Of a stretch of DNA of 64,000 bases, positions 13,328-24,629 are shown piece by piece. The position numbers and the translations under genes are program-made. Position 1 is the stretch's first letter; the number at the start of each line of letters is the position of its first letter. The DNA is from Podarcis pityusensis (Eukaryota). Location of the stretch: assembly GCA_964106645.2 (NCBI GenBank), contig OZ067040.1; one strand, 5' to 3'. A model generated the notes under the pieces. The model did no database searches. It saw nothing but the letters and a program-made list of their open reading frames with translations, and had not been told where the DNA came from.

Positions 13328-14190
13328 ATCTACCAAGGGTTGCATGCCCTTAAACAACTGCAAATCAGTTACCCTGGAGAAGCTAATGTTCAATAATATT
13401 TCTAGTGATCTTTTTTTCCAGTTCCCTTTCTTCGTGCCATTCGTAACATTGCAGACTTCTGCCTCCTTCACTGGGAAGGGGGGAAGTCTACACTCCTCCT
13501 CTGTGTGTCCATTTTGCTGTCAAATATGGAGCGGCCTCATCCCTCAACCCTCCTTCTCTGTGACTGGGGCAAAATGCATATTTAAACACATGAACCCGCC
13601 ATCATTGTGTCTACTTTGGCATGGTGCTACTGTCCATTGAGCATCCGAAGTGAAGGATGCACAACATTAACAAGGTTATGAAGAATATTTGTCATGAGCT
13701 GTTGCACGCTACTAAAAGCCTAATACAACCCACTATGGTTAAATCTGAGTTTGCCTGCTACAGCTTTATAATAAAAATGAATTTCCCAAACAGGCTGATA
13801 ACTTAGAATGTTGAAAACATTGAACATATATATTAATTCTAGACAATATTTGTCTAGAATTATGTCACTTCTAGAGACCCAAATCAACAGCTTAAAGCAC
13901 AAGCTTGTTTTAAAACATGAATAATCAAATAATTGGTGTACAGTGCACTAATGAACTGCACCTTTCATATAAACCTACTTTCTATTAAAGTTTTTATATC
14001 ATTTATTGAATCTTATAAATGTAAGTGTGCATGTCTAATGAAAACTGTTTTTGCCAACATATATGAACTTAATATATAAAAATACTATTAAAATAGACAA
14101 ACAAAATCTGCCAAACGAAAACATATATTTTAAACTAAATTTGTTTTAGGTAATACACTCTTCAAAATAGAATAATAAGTTTTATCCTAC

Positions 14191-14302
14191 CTATGGTGGT
14201 AATAACAGTGCCAGCAAAGAAGAAGGAACTTCCCAAATCCCAATGACTGTTAGACGTGTTTCCTTTAGGATTGACTCCTGCATTTATTGCTGCCACTACT
14301 TG
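14191..14302 (-). CDS. KCNK2: KCNK2 coding exon 3: second cap helix, P1 pore helix and start of selectivity filter
   Basis: Reverse complement reads [37 protein letters not shown](G), in phase 0 after exon 2. Acceptor acttgcag|CAA, donor ATAG|gtagga. 112 nt. Found by reading, not in the ORF track. Confidence 0.97.
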
Positions 14303-17272
14303 CTGCAAGTTTAAAGAGATATTTGTCAATATTTGTCAATATTTATGAAACATAAACAAGAATGTTAGAATACAGTGTTTTGTATGGTTTGTGAAGATAA
14401 AGTAACTTATCAAATGTCAGCTGATGAAAGAAAGAAAGAGACAGACAGAAATTTTGGGTGGCGTTATTCAACTGGCTTCACTTTTAGCAGCATCTAACCT
14501 AAGCTTGAAATATAATTAAATTCAAAATATTACTCATTTTTGCAACTCTTGGTTACTTTTCATGTCTTATATTGCTACGAAATCAAGAGTTTGATTGTTG
14601 CATCCCTAGAGGTTCAATGCAGAGGCTAACTGCTGATGTTAGAGGGCAAAGAAAGCCTCTAAATTCAAGTTTCCCGAAAATTCTCTTGATCCTAACTGAG
14701 AACTATCGCATGGGCATTTAATGGCTATTATACAATGCAACATATACTTAGAGCCTGGGAGATCTAACAGTATAGCATTTTGTTTCCTTCTCTCTTGCTG
14801 TATGGGTCACGTTTTGCGTTCCTGGGACTCCCAAATGCCTGAAGCTTCCATCTCTGATCTAACACCAAAGGCCATGGCTGGCTTTGATTATTGTGGCACT
14901 TTGAACAGAAGCGTGATACACTCTAGAAAGTCAACAGGTGCCAGGTAAACCTCCCCCTTCTACTGAGTGGTTGCTTCGAGGAAGATGGTGAAAACAAAAA
15001 ACATATGCCTGGGTCAGAGGAGGCAAGTGGGAGAACTTCTGATATTTCCAGGTTCTTACGGAGAGGAAGGTATGGAATGGAGGGTATCATCATAGGAGAG
15101 AAGATGGGCAGACACTTAACATCGGTTGTTCCTGCTCAGACACCTACCCACCCACACCCACCCATGTAGAGACTTGAGTAGCCATGATGTTTAGATACCA
15201 CCCTGCCACCTGATGGTGCTGTTACTTAATGCCAAGTTAGCCCACAAGAAAGCAACTCTCATTCATTATTTCATCCTGGATGAGGTAGCTGGCCTGGTGT
15301 GGATTACTGAGACCTAGGTGAGCATGCTAGGAGTTTTGTGACCTTCCTGATTTTGCCTGCCTGGGTACTCAGTACAGCAACAGTACAGACCAGAGGGGAG
15401 GCTTGGCAATCATCCACATAAATTCCATCATTCTCACCAAGAAACCAATCCATCTGGGAGCTGGATGTAAGTGTTTGTACTTCAGTGTCAGATTGCAAAG
15501 ACAAGTCTACCACCCACCTCACTGCACAACCTCTTCCCGGACTGAGCAGGCAGAGGCGGTTCTGGTGATATGTAGGAGAACCTCATGAGAATAGCCTTGG
15601 GAGACTTCAATATCTTTATCAATAAGAGGAAACTGCATAGTGCAGAATTAGGCTGCCAGGTTGGTGACCATGTGTAACTATTCCTGAAGGCATCCCATTG
15701 GCTGCCAGTAAGCTAACAGATCCAAGGCAAGGTGTAAGCACTAGCCTTAAGTGGCTTAGACTATTCAGGTGCAATCCAAAACAATCCTGTTCACCAAGGC
15801 ATTTGATAGAAAAATATACTGTTTCTTGTTATTTAACTGTTAGCATATTCAATTGCTTTTAAATGCGCGCTCTCTCTCGCTCTCTCGCTCTGTGTGTCAC
15901 ACACACACAAACCTACCTACCTACCTATCATCTATCTATCATCTATCTGTTTTATTGTTTGCCAACTAAGGCTCCTTTGGGAGGAATGATGGGATTGAAA
16001 ATAAATAAACAAGCAAGCAAAATGCATATCTGGGATTTTGACACTAGGAACATATTTTGGGTTAACCTTTTGAAAGACCTGGTCGAGTTATGCTTCTGTG
16101 AATAAAAACTCTGAAACCACAGGTTTCAATGTTGAAACAGCCAATAAAATCAATGAGGTCCTACACATTAAATTGTATTTATGCACTTGCCTGCTTCATT
16201 ACTCATGATTAAAACAACTCTTGAGAGTTGTCTAACCTGCACTGAAGTAAATTGCTTTATGGATAAGGATGTCCTGTACAGTTCTGGAGAAAATAATGGA
16301 ATATTGATGTTTAAATATTAAAGTTAAAAACTTAAGATTTCAGATAAAATAAAAATATATGCTCAAAACAATTTGTTTGAAATAAAGATGATGTTCAGTG
16401 CAGCTGGAAGGTATAATAAAGAAAGAACTTTACTTTTCATTGCTTCATTGAGAACTGATTTTAAAAGCTGTGTTGCAAAAGAGTGCTAACTTTATTAACT
16501 TTATTATTATTTATTATTTATTTATTTATTATTATTAACTTTATTAACTTAGGTAAAATCCTGCAGGCCTAAAAGTTCCTAAACCTTTATTTCATTTAAT
16601 CTGTAGTTGCACACTTGATAAATGCTATTTTAGACACCAGTTCCAAATTTTGCATTAAGTTCCACTGATCTGGTTTTAACGGAACTCATTTGAAAACAAG
16701 GGTGCTTAGAATTATAGACTTGCACCCCCGATCATAGAAACACTGGGAGCATATCCACATCAGACCCATTACACAGATGTAAGAACCACTCATTTCAATA
16801 AAGCTCAGGTCCAATTTACATGTAATGAAAAGCAAGCAAGAAGAACCACCCCATATAACATCGCATGTGCCTCACTTCTTATACAAACATGTCGCCTTGC
16901 CTCTGTCTGCGCTGTAAGAACACCAGGGATTAGCAGCCCAGCCAGATACTTTAATGGTGTGCTACCACTGCACATGTAAAAGCTGAGGGCCCAGCTTAAA
17001 ATACAATTTTAGGCATGGGTGAGTAATTCTTGCCTACCCAGCACCATGTTAAAAAGGAAGCCTTTCTATGTCTACATCACATCCCTATGCACCAGGTTCA
17101 GTTGTAGCACCATAAATAGGATTTATTCACTTGCATACAAACTCCAATATTATTTCTGGTACACATTTGCACCAACCTCGGACTGGGACACTAATATGCC
17201 CTTTCCTATGAGTAGTTGTGCTTCTAGAATAGCTCATGGGGTAGACTAAAGGCATATACTCCACGATTCTAT

Positions 17273-17314
<42 letters not shown>
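17273..17314. repeat. (CT)n(GT)n compound microsatellite
   Basis: Directly visible. Confidence 0.95.
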
Positions 17315-17315
<1 letters not shown>

Positions 17316-17336
17316 ATATATTCTCTGTGCATGAAC

Positions 17337-17501
17337 CATAGCTGTCAACCTTCCCTTTTTTTGAGGGAAATTCCCTTATTCCAGTGCTGTTTCCCACTGC
17401 TTCCCGCTGCTATCCCAGATTGTTAGATATCCCATAGACTGTCCCTGGGACAGATGAGGCTGCTGGTCCCTTATTTTCAAATCTTAAAGTTGACAGCTAT
17501 G
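17337..17501. mobile_element. hAT MITE (165 bp)
   Basis: TIR catagctgtcaac / gttgacagctatg; 8-bp TSD gcatgaac/gcatgcac. Confidence 0.9.
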
Positions 17502-17869
17502 GCATGCACGCACACAACTTCTTAACCCAAAGGCCCCCAAAGTGATAAATAGTATATCAATACAATCAAATTACAATCAAATACAATAAATCAGTCCTCA
17601 AAATAACAATATCAAACAGATACTAGATATGAATATATGGAAACAAAAAAATAAAAGAAAGCTTTTCCTGGCTAAATAATTAAAGGATGCTATTCCCAAC
17701 CCAATATCCCATACACTTACGGTCCAGAAACCTGAGCAGATTATAAACACTTGAAAAGCTTGTCCCAGCTACTTATCCCATTTCAATTATTATCCATTCT
17801 CTTTTAGGCCATGTAGTCCAACCCCCTTCTTGATGCAGGAAATCCAATACTCAATCATCCCTAACAGGG

Positions 17870-18123
17870 CAGGAGCAGCCGGTGTGGTGGGGGCAATGTA
17901 GGGAGCTGCCCTCCCAATACCAATCCGTAGGTTGCCTGGACAGACACTGGACTGTGCAGCAGTGAGGCCAGCGCTGTATGAATGCACCAATAGAAGTATG
18001 GAATGGCTCCATCAGCCCTGGCCTCACTGCCACCCAGTCCCAGCTCCAACGAAATAAGCTACAGCAATATCAGTGTCTGGAGGGTGTTTCTGTGGCACTG
18101 CCCCACCACACCAGGCATTCCTG
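17870..18123. repeat. Nested inverted repeat (fold-back element, probably an old MITE)
   Basis: Three nested arm pairs: ggtgtggtgggg.../ccccaccacacc, cagacactg/cagtgtctg, gcagtgaggccag/ctggcctcactgc. Confidence 0.7.
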
Positions 18124-18152
18124 GTCAAGAGGTTTCCACTGAATGTTAGACT

Positions 18153-18337
18153 GAAAGGGCCATAGCTCAGTGGTAGATTATTTGCTCTGCATGCAGAAGC
18201 CACAAGTTCAATGCCCATCGTCTCCAGGTAGGACTGGGAAAGGCCACCTGTCCAGAAGCCTAGAGAGCTACTGAGACAACACTGACCCAGATGCACTAAT
18301 GATCCAACTAAGCAGAAGGAAGGTTTATGTGCTCCTA
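18153..18337 (+). mobile_element. tRNA-derived SINE (Squam2-like)
   Basis: Pol III box A tagctcagtggta and degenerate box B agttcaatgccc, followed by non-tRNA body. Confidence 0.65.
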
Positions 18338-18645
18338 AATCTAAATACCTCTAAGTAAAGTCCATTAGATCTAGTCCTGCCCTCTGGGGTAGCAGAGAAC
18401 AAAAGTGTATGCCCTTCTCTGCTATGGAGCTATTGGTGTATCACAGTCATATAATAATGAACAGTACGGGTAGCAATTCCAAAAACCAATTTGTACAACA
18501 ATTCAGTTCATTCATAATTCTGGTAGGCGGAGATATCTATTTGTAGTTATGAAAGCATTTTATACCACCTTTCAGCACCAAGAAGGGCCACTAGAGTGAT
18601 TGACAACAGCAAAACCCCAATATGCTTAAATAGATATGTCATAAC

Positions 18646-18715
18646 TAGGCTTGCCATTTGTCAGGAAAATTCCTGACATGTACTGGTTTCCAGGTGTAAA
18701 AATATGGCAACCTTA
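18646..18715. mobile_element. 70-bp hAT MITE
   Basis: TIR taggcttgccat / atggcaacctta; perfect 8-bp TSD gtcataac at 18638-18645 and 18716-18723. Confidence 0.85.
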
Positions 18716-20490
18716 GTCATAACCACAATACATACTCAAGCATTTGGGGATTTTATTTAGCTAAACTGGATCTACATAGGTCTTTCTTCCAGCTGAACCA
18801 TATGGGTATGTTGGGAGCAATAGCCAAAAGAAGGGGTCCAAGAGCTCAAGAAGTTCTTAGGATTCTGATCACGTGTTCCATAGCATGGCTATATACTAAT
18901 ACTAGCATGAGCCAAGGGGACAAAGTCACAGAGAACTCCTCCAGACATTCCCAAGGCTTACACAGGCACAGTGGGGCCCATTTTTTTACTTTCAACAGGA
19001 TAACTTGTTTAAAAACCATCTCATGACATGAAGCTTAGAATTCTGGTCAATCCAGTCCATTCACCACCTTTGAATAAGCCACAAGTTTGACACTTTCTAA
19101 CAAAAACATTTTCATTCAAGCACTACTGTAAGAGCCACCAGCATCAAAAACTCTGCCCATGCATGTAAAAAGTTAACTAGGGAATGTTGGCCAGCACAGT
19201 GGCACTAATGCTGCCCTCTTAATACTGACATTGGTGATACTTATCTGGACCGTATGCGACAGGGTGGTGGGCCCGGGATTGTGTGGGCATACCGATCGGA
19301 GCACCAGATTGGATGTGCTAGTTTGCCCACTCAACCCTCACTTCGTCACTGTCCTGCGCTGCAGCCACACCATCAAGCTAATGCCCTAGGTGTACCTGTG
19401 CTTCACTGCACTGAGTGCTTTCGCTCTTAACAGCAGGAATGACCCAGAAGACAGTCCCTTCTGCATTACACTCTACCCTTTCCCTTTCTACAGCATCCAT
19501 GAGTGTATAGTTAATAGAGGAACCATTCATTTTGGAGGTTTGTAAGAAGTAGGAAAGCCTCTGTGCAGGGTATTGATTTAAAGCTGCTACCACACAACTG
19601 CTTCTTTGGCTGAAGCTGGATTGAGATAAGAACAAAAGTAAAGGTATATTCTTAAATTTTTATTTTTCAAACTTACGCATTGCTATCATCACTGAGGATA
19701 CTGTTAATAGCGTCCCAATATTAACTGCCCAAGCCAATGGAAAAAACAAGATAATATATATAGAGGGGGGGCAACTGAGCACTAGCAAACATGTGGTCAG
19801 CTGTTTGTTTGTTTGTTTGTTTTTATTTGCACTTTACAAATTCAAATGTGTACAGACTCATTTAAAGGCATCCACATAACCTAATCTGTTTGTTCACAAG
19901 GCTGTTACCACAGTATGGCTTTCAAAAACTCAAGTGGAATTTTGTCATGTGATGGGAAAAGTGGAGGATGTATGGAGACATGATACATGTGTATTCTTGA
20001 GGGACCTTTACAATACTTAATGCAGGGATGGGGGACCTGTGGCTCTCCACAGGGATGGAATTCAGGATGGGACCAGATAGGCCCAGCCAACCTACGTAGT
20101 TATTTTAAAGGGCAGGCCCTGACTACCTAATAGCTTTGTTATCTAGGAGTCTCAGTGAATTCTACTTGTGTTATGTTTCCACTACTCGGGTCAGCTTTCC
20201 TCAACCTGGTTTTATACAGGTAGCCTAAAGTCCACCCTTAAATATGTTTCTTACAGATATATTTAGTGTCTATATGGAAAATCATGACTAATCATGAATC
20301 CCTCCGCCTAGAAACTGCAACATTCTCAGTAGGATTACACAACAAACCATTAAACCAATAGCACTTTAGAGGGCACATTATTGCATTATCAGACATTACA
20401 ATGCAAACCACACGCTTTTAAACAACTCACTGGCTTTCCCATAAGAAAGTGGTCACCCCACTTGCGACTTTGGCTATACTACGCATAATC

Positions 20491-20515
20491 GTGTGTGTGT
20501 GTGTGTGTGTGTGTA
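20491..20515. repeat. (GT)n microsatellite
   Basis: Directly visible. Confidence 0.95.
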
Positions 20516-21425
20516 GCCACAGGAACCTATAAAATTTGATAACCCATTAAATCATTTAACTTCAGATGTATTTGACTCTGTGATGGATCACCATGTTAAA
20601 ATAAGTCTCCCTGGGGAAATACTACATTAAAATGAAGACAGACATAAAAGGTCAGTCCCTCAAGCTGTGCATATTTCTGTTTGATTTTACAAGTGATGAT
20701 TTAGCCTGCGGTTACGTGCAACACATTCCAGTTTCTAACCGTTTATATCAGTGAAATCCCATTACTTAGAAACCAAATCCAGCATGGCTGTTCCCACTGG
20801 CTGACCACTTGCTTGTCCACCATCTTTCTTATAGCAGTAATAGCAGTAGAACTAATATCACAAGGCCACTGAAGAAGAAAACTTCCATGAACAACTCATT
20901 CACTGCAGGAAATGCATATGACCTAGACTTCTGATAACTGAACCTGTCAGAAAACTAGTTCACCTATGCACACATTTAGAGAGAGAGAGAAAATGTTGGC
21001 ATATACTGAAAGAGGCCCAGAGTTTTGAGTCATCTGAATAAGCCCATAAAGAGCTCACACCTGTGGGTGTTGGGTGTTACAACCCTGCTGATCGTCTGTG
21101 TTTTAAAAGCGTCCAATTTTGATCTTGTAAGTACTATAAAAGTGCCACAGATGACTTTAGTTAGAAATCAAGCAGTATCTGGAGTATAAAATATTATCCT
21201 TTGTGTATACAGTGGTGCCCCGCAAGACGAATGCCTCGTAAGACGAAAAACTCGCTAGACGAAAGGGTTTTGCGTTTTTTGAGCTGCTTCGCAAGACGAA
21301 AACGTCTTGCAAGTTTGTTTCCTTTTTCGTAAAACCGTTAATACCCAGGGTGCATTGCTTGAAGAGGTGCAGTTGCGACTTGACTTCGAGGAGCAACTCA
21401 TAGCATGCAGTGTGGTAGCCTTTTT

Positions 21426-22490
21426 TGAGGTTTTTGAAGACATTGCTGATTTTTGAAGCTTTTCCAAAACTTCTTTTGCAGCCATTTGGTAAGTTAAACT
21501 TTTAAAACTTTTTGGGGGGTTTTCGGATTTTGGGTTGGGGTGTTTGGAATTCAAGGACTTGGTGTTGGGGAGGGGTTTGCAAGAATCTGGAAGCTTGTGT
21601 GGTTTTTTTCTGCATTTTTATGATTTTCTGTGACCATTGGGCTACTCTGCTGGTTTTTTAAAAAAAAAAATCTGGGTTTGAATTTCTGTGTGGTGGGTGG
21701 CTGGGGGAACAGTTGAGGAGGGGTTTGCAAGAATCTGGGAGCTTGTGTGGGTTTTTTTTTTTAATTTTATGATTTTTTGTGACCATTGGGCCATGTTGTT
21801 TTTTTTTAAAAAAAAATTCTGGGTTTGATTTTCTGTGTGGTGGGTGGCTGGGGGAACAGTTGAGGAGGGGTTTGCAAGAATCTGGAAGCTTGTGTGGTTT
21901 TTTTCTGCATTTTTATGATTTTCTGTGACCATTGGGCCACTCTGCTGTTGTTTAAAAAAATTTCTGGGTTTGATTTTCTGTGTGGTGGGTGGCTGGGGGA
22001 ACAGTTGAGGAGGGGTTTGCAAGAATCTGGGAGCTTGTGTGGGTTTTTTTGAATTTTTATGATTTTCTGTGACCATTGGGCCATGTTGTTGTTTTTTTAA
22101 AAAAATTCTGGATTTGAATTTCTGTGTGGTGGCTGGCTGGGGGAACAGTTGGGGAGGGGTTTGCAACAGTTGGGGAGGGGTTTGCAACAGTTGGGGAGGG
22201 GTTTGCAATTTCTGTGTGGTGGGTGGGTAGCTAGGTGGCTGGGGGAACAGTTGAGGTTTTTGAAGACTTTGGTGATTTTTTGAAGCTTTTCCAAAACTTC
22301 TTTTGCAGCCATTTGAGGTTTTAGAAGACTTTGGTGATTTTTGAAGCTTTTCCAAAACTTCTTTTGCAGCCATTTGGTAAGTTAAACTTTTAAAACTTTT
22401 TTGGGGTTTTTTGGATTTTGGGTTGGGTGTTTGGAATTCAAGGACTTGGTTCTGGGTTTGAATTTCTGTGTGGTGGGTGGCTGGGTGCTT
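21426..22490. repeat. Complex tandem array inside the Tigger 5' region
   Basis: About 146-bp unit x4 (starts 21570, 21718, 21865, 22010); 21-bp ggggaggggtttgcaacagtt x3 near 22151-22208; about 137-bp module duplicated at 21426-21563 and 22313-22450. Confidence 0.92.
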
Positions 22491-22573
22491 TTGAATTTTT
22501 TGGATGTGAAGCACTGATTCTTTTTTTCTTTTTTTTTCTTTTTTGAGTTTGCGAAGGTAGGAGCTGTGCTGCC

Positions 22574-24212
22574 ATGGGACCCAAGAAGACTGCTGCTGCA
22601 GAGGCCGGCGAGAGGAAGAAGGAGAAGGTGACGCTGGAAATGAAGAAGGAGATCATCCGGAAGCACGACGGTGGAATGCATGTGACAGACCTCGCCAGGG
22701 TGTACGGGAGGAATCCATCGACCATCGGGACCATCCTGAAGATGAGGGAGAAGATCCTTGCGACTGATGCAGCCAAGGGAGTCACCAGGATCGTGAAGAA
22801 CCGCCCAGCTGTTCTGGAGGAGGTCGAGAAGTTGCTGCTCATCTGGTTAGAAGAGAAGCAGCGTGCAGGGGACACAGTGACTGAGGCCGTCATTTGTGAG
22901 AAGGCCAAGGCCTTGCACGCAGACCTCGTCCGGGAACAGCCAAAAACCTCAGGCGAGCCAGAAGTCTTCAAGGCAAGCAGAGGTTGGTTTGACTGGTTCA
23001 AGGCAAGATCTGGAATCCACAGCGTGGTCAGGCATGGAGAGGCTGCCAGTTCTGATGTTCCTGCGGCTGAAGACTTTGCAGCGGAGTTCCTGGAGGCTGT
23101 GAAGACGGAGGGCTACGTTCCACAGCAGGTCTTCAACTGCGACGAGACCGGGCTGTTTTGGAAGAGGATGCCCAAAAGGACTTTCATCACACAGGAGGAG
23201 GCCAAGTTGCCTGGCCACAAGCCCATGAAGGACCGTCTGACCCTGCTCTTCTGCGCCAACGCAAGCGGCAACCTGAAGATCAAGCCCCTGCTGGTGTACC
23301 ACTCGGAGAACCCACGGGCCTTCAAGAGACACAAGATCGACAAGGAGCAGCTGAGTGTCATGTGGCGATCCAACAGTAAGGCTTGGGTCACACGTGTGCT
23401 GTTTGTGGACTGGGTCAATCTTGCTTTTGGCCCTGCTGTCAAATAGTACCTGCTGGACAACGACCTGCCGCTGAAGGCTTTGCTTCTGATGGACAATGCT
23501 CCTGCTCATCCTAAAGGCCTTGAGGAGGACTTGTTGGAGGAGTTCAGCTTCATCAGCATCATGTTCCTGCCACCTAACACCACGCCACTGCTCCAGCCGA
23601 TGGATCAGCAGGTCATCGCCAATTTCAAAAAACTCTACACCAAGGAGCTTTTCAGGCGATGCTTTGAGGTGACTGATTGCACCACCATCACCCTGCGGGA
23701 ATTCTGGAAGGACCACTTCAACATCGTCACCTGCTTGAAGATGATCACCACGGCCTGGAAAGGGATCAGCCAGAGAAATTTGAATTGCGCTTGGCGCAGC
23801 CTGTGTTGCCTTGGGGAGGACCATGGGCCTGGAGGTCACAGAGGAGGACGTCTGCGAGCTGGTGGAGGAGCACGACCACGAGCTGACCACCCAGGAGCTG
23901 GTCGAACTGCAGGCAGAGGCTGCGCAGGAGCAGGCCTCGCTGGAAGAGGAGGAAGCAACTGAGCAACGGCTGTCCTCCAAAGAACTGAGGGACATTTGCC
24001 TGAAGTGGAAGGATGTGCAGGCTTTTGCACAGCGGCACCACCCTGACAAGCACGTGGCACATGACCTTGTGAACACTTTTGATACGAGGGTCATGTCGCC
24101 TTTCAGGGAGGTGCTGAAAAGGCGGATGAAGCAGCAGACCATGGACAGGTTCTTCAGCAAGAAGCAAAGAGTGGAAGAGGAACCTTCTTCGAGTTGTCCC
24201 CCAGAGTCTTAG
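22574..24212 (+). pseudogene. Tigger transposase (CENP-B-type HTH plus DDE_1 domain), disrupted
   Basis: Motifs FKASRGWF, HGEAAS, FNCDETG, KDRLTLL, MDNAPAH, FLPPNTT..QPMDQ (36 residues between the 2nd and 3rd D). In-frame TAG at 23444-23446; frameshift/deletion near 23805; C-terminal acidic tail and KQQTMDRFF; strong Kozak gccATGG; AATAAA at 24334-24339. Confidence 0.95.
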
Positions 24213-24629
24213 AAAATGTACTGTACACTTTGTTGATTTTTAAATGTTTTTCTGTCATGTTTAGAAACTTAATTTATTGTTCCTTCAATTTTTGAAATGC
24301 TCTTTACAGTATGTGTGACTTTAAAGAGCACTTAATAAACTCTTGTTGTACCAAATTTGGCTTTGTTTGGACTTTTTTTGACCATAGGAACGCATTAATT
24401 GAATTTCAATGCATTCCTATGCGATTTCGTGCTTCACAAGATGAAAAATTCGCTAGGCGAAAAAACTCGCGGAACGAATTAATTTCGTCTTGCGAGGCAC
24501 CACTGTACCAAAAAGCATGACAGTAAATAAGGTGTCCCTCATTGTTGATTAAATCTCTGGTTTTGGGGTTTTGGATATTTATAGAGGCAGGAGTTGAGAG
24601 ACAAAAGCATGTTAATGGAGAAGAATCCC

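Larger units (their letters stand above)
21210..24505 (+). mobile_element. Near full-length Tigger/pogo DNA transposon (3296 bp) in KCNK2 intron 2, antisense to the host gene
   Basis: 22-bp TIRs cagtggtgcc(c/t)cgcaagacgaa with 1 mismatch; TA TSD at 21208-21209 and 24506-24507; internal transposase. Confidence 0.96.

Noticed and set aside
1-14190. KCNK2 exon 4 (GFGNISP...)
   Set aside because: Searched by eye on the minus strand and not found; presumably beyond the window start.
18153-18225. tRNA gene
   Set aside because: Degenerate cloverleaf continuing into a SINE body; it is a SINE head.
19237-19325. U1 snRNA-like words (atacttatctgg, ggtggt, ggatgtgct)
   Set aside because: Spacing does not match U1 as recalled, and there is no Sm site or stem-loops; probably chance. 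An Rfam cmsearch would settle it.
21570-22250. CRISPR-like repeat-spacer array
   Set aside because: Units are contiguous near-identical tandem copies with no unique spacers, in a vertebrate transposon with no cas genes.
21642-22514. 290-aa P/Q/K-rich minus-strand ORF and overlapping ORFs
   Set aside because: Translation of the tandem array; low complexity, no recognisable domain.
22949-24160. 403-aa antisense ORF
   Set aside because: Shadow of the GC3-rich transposase frame.
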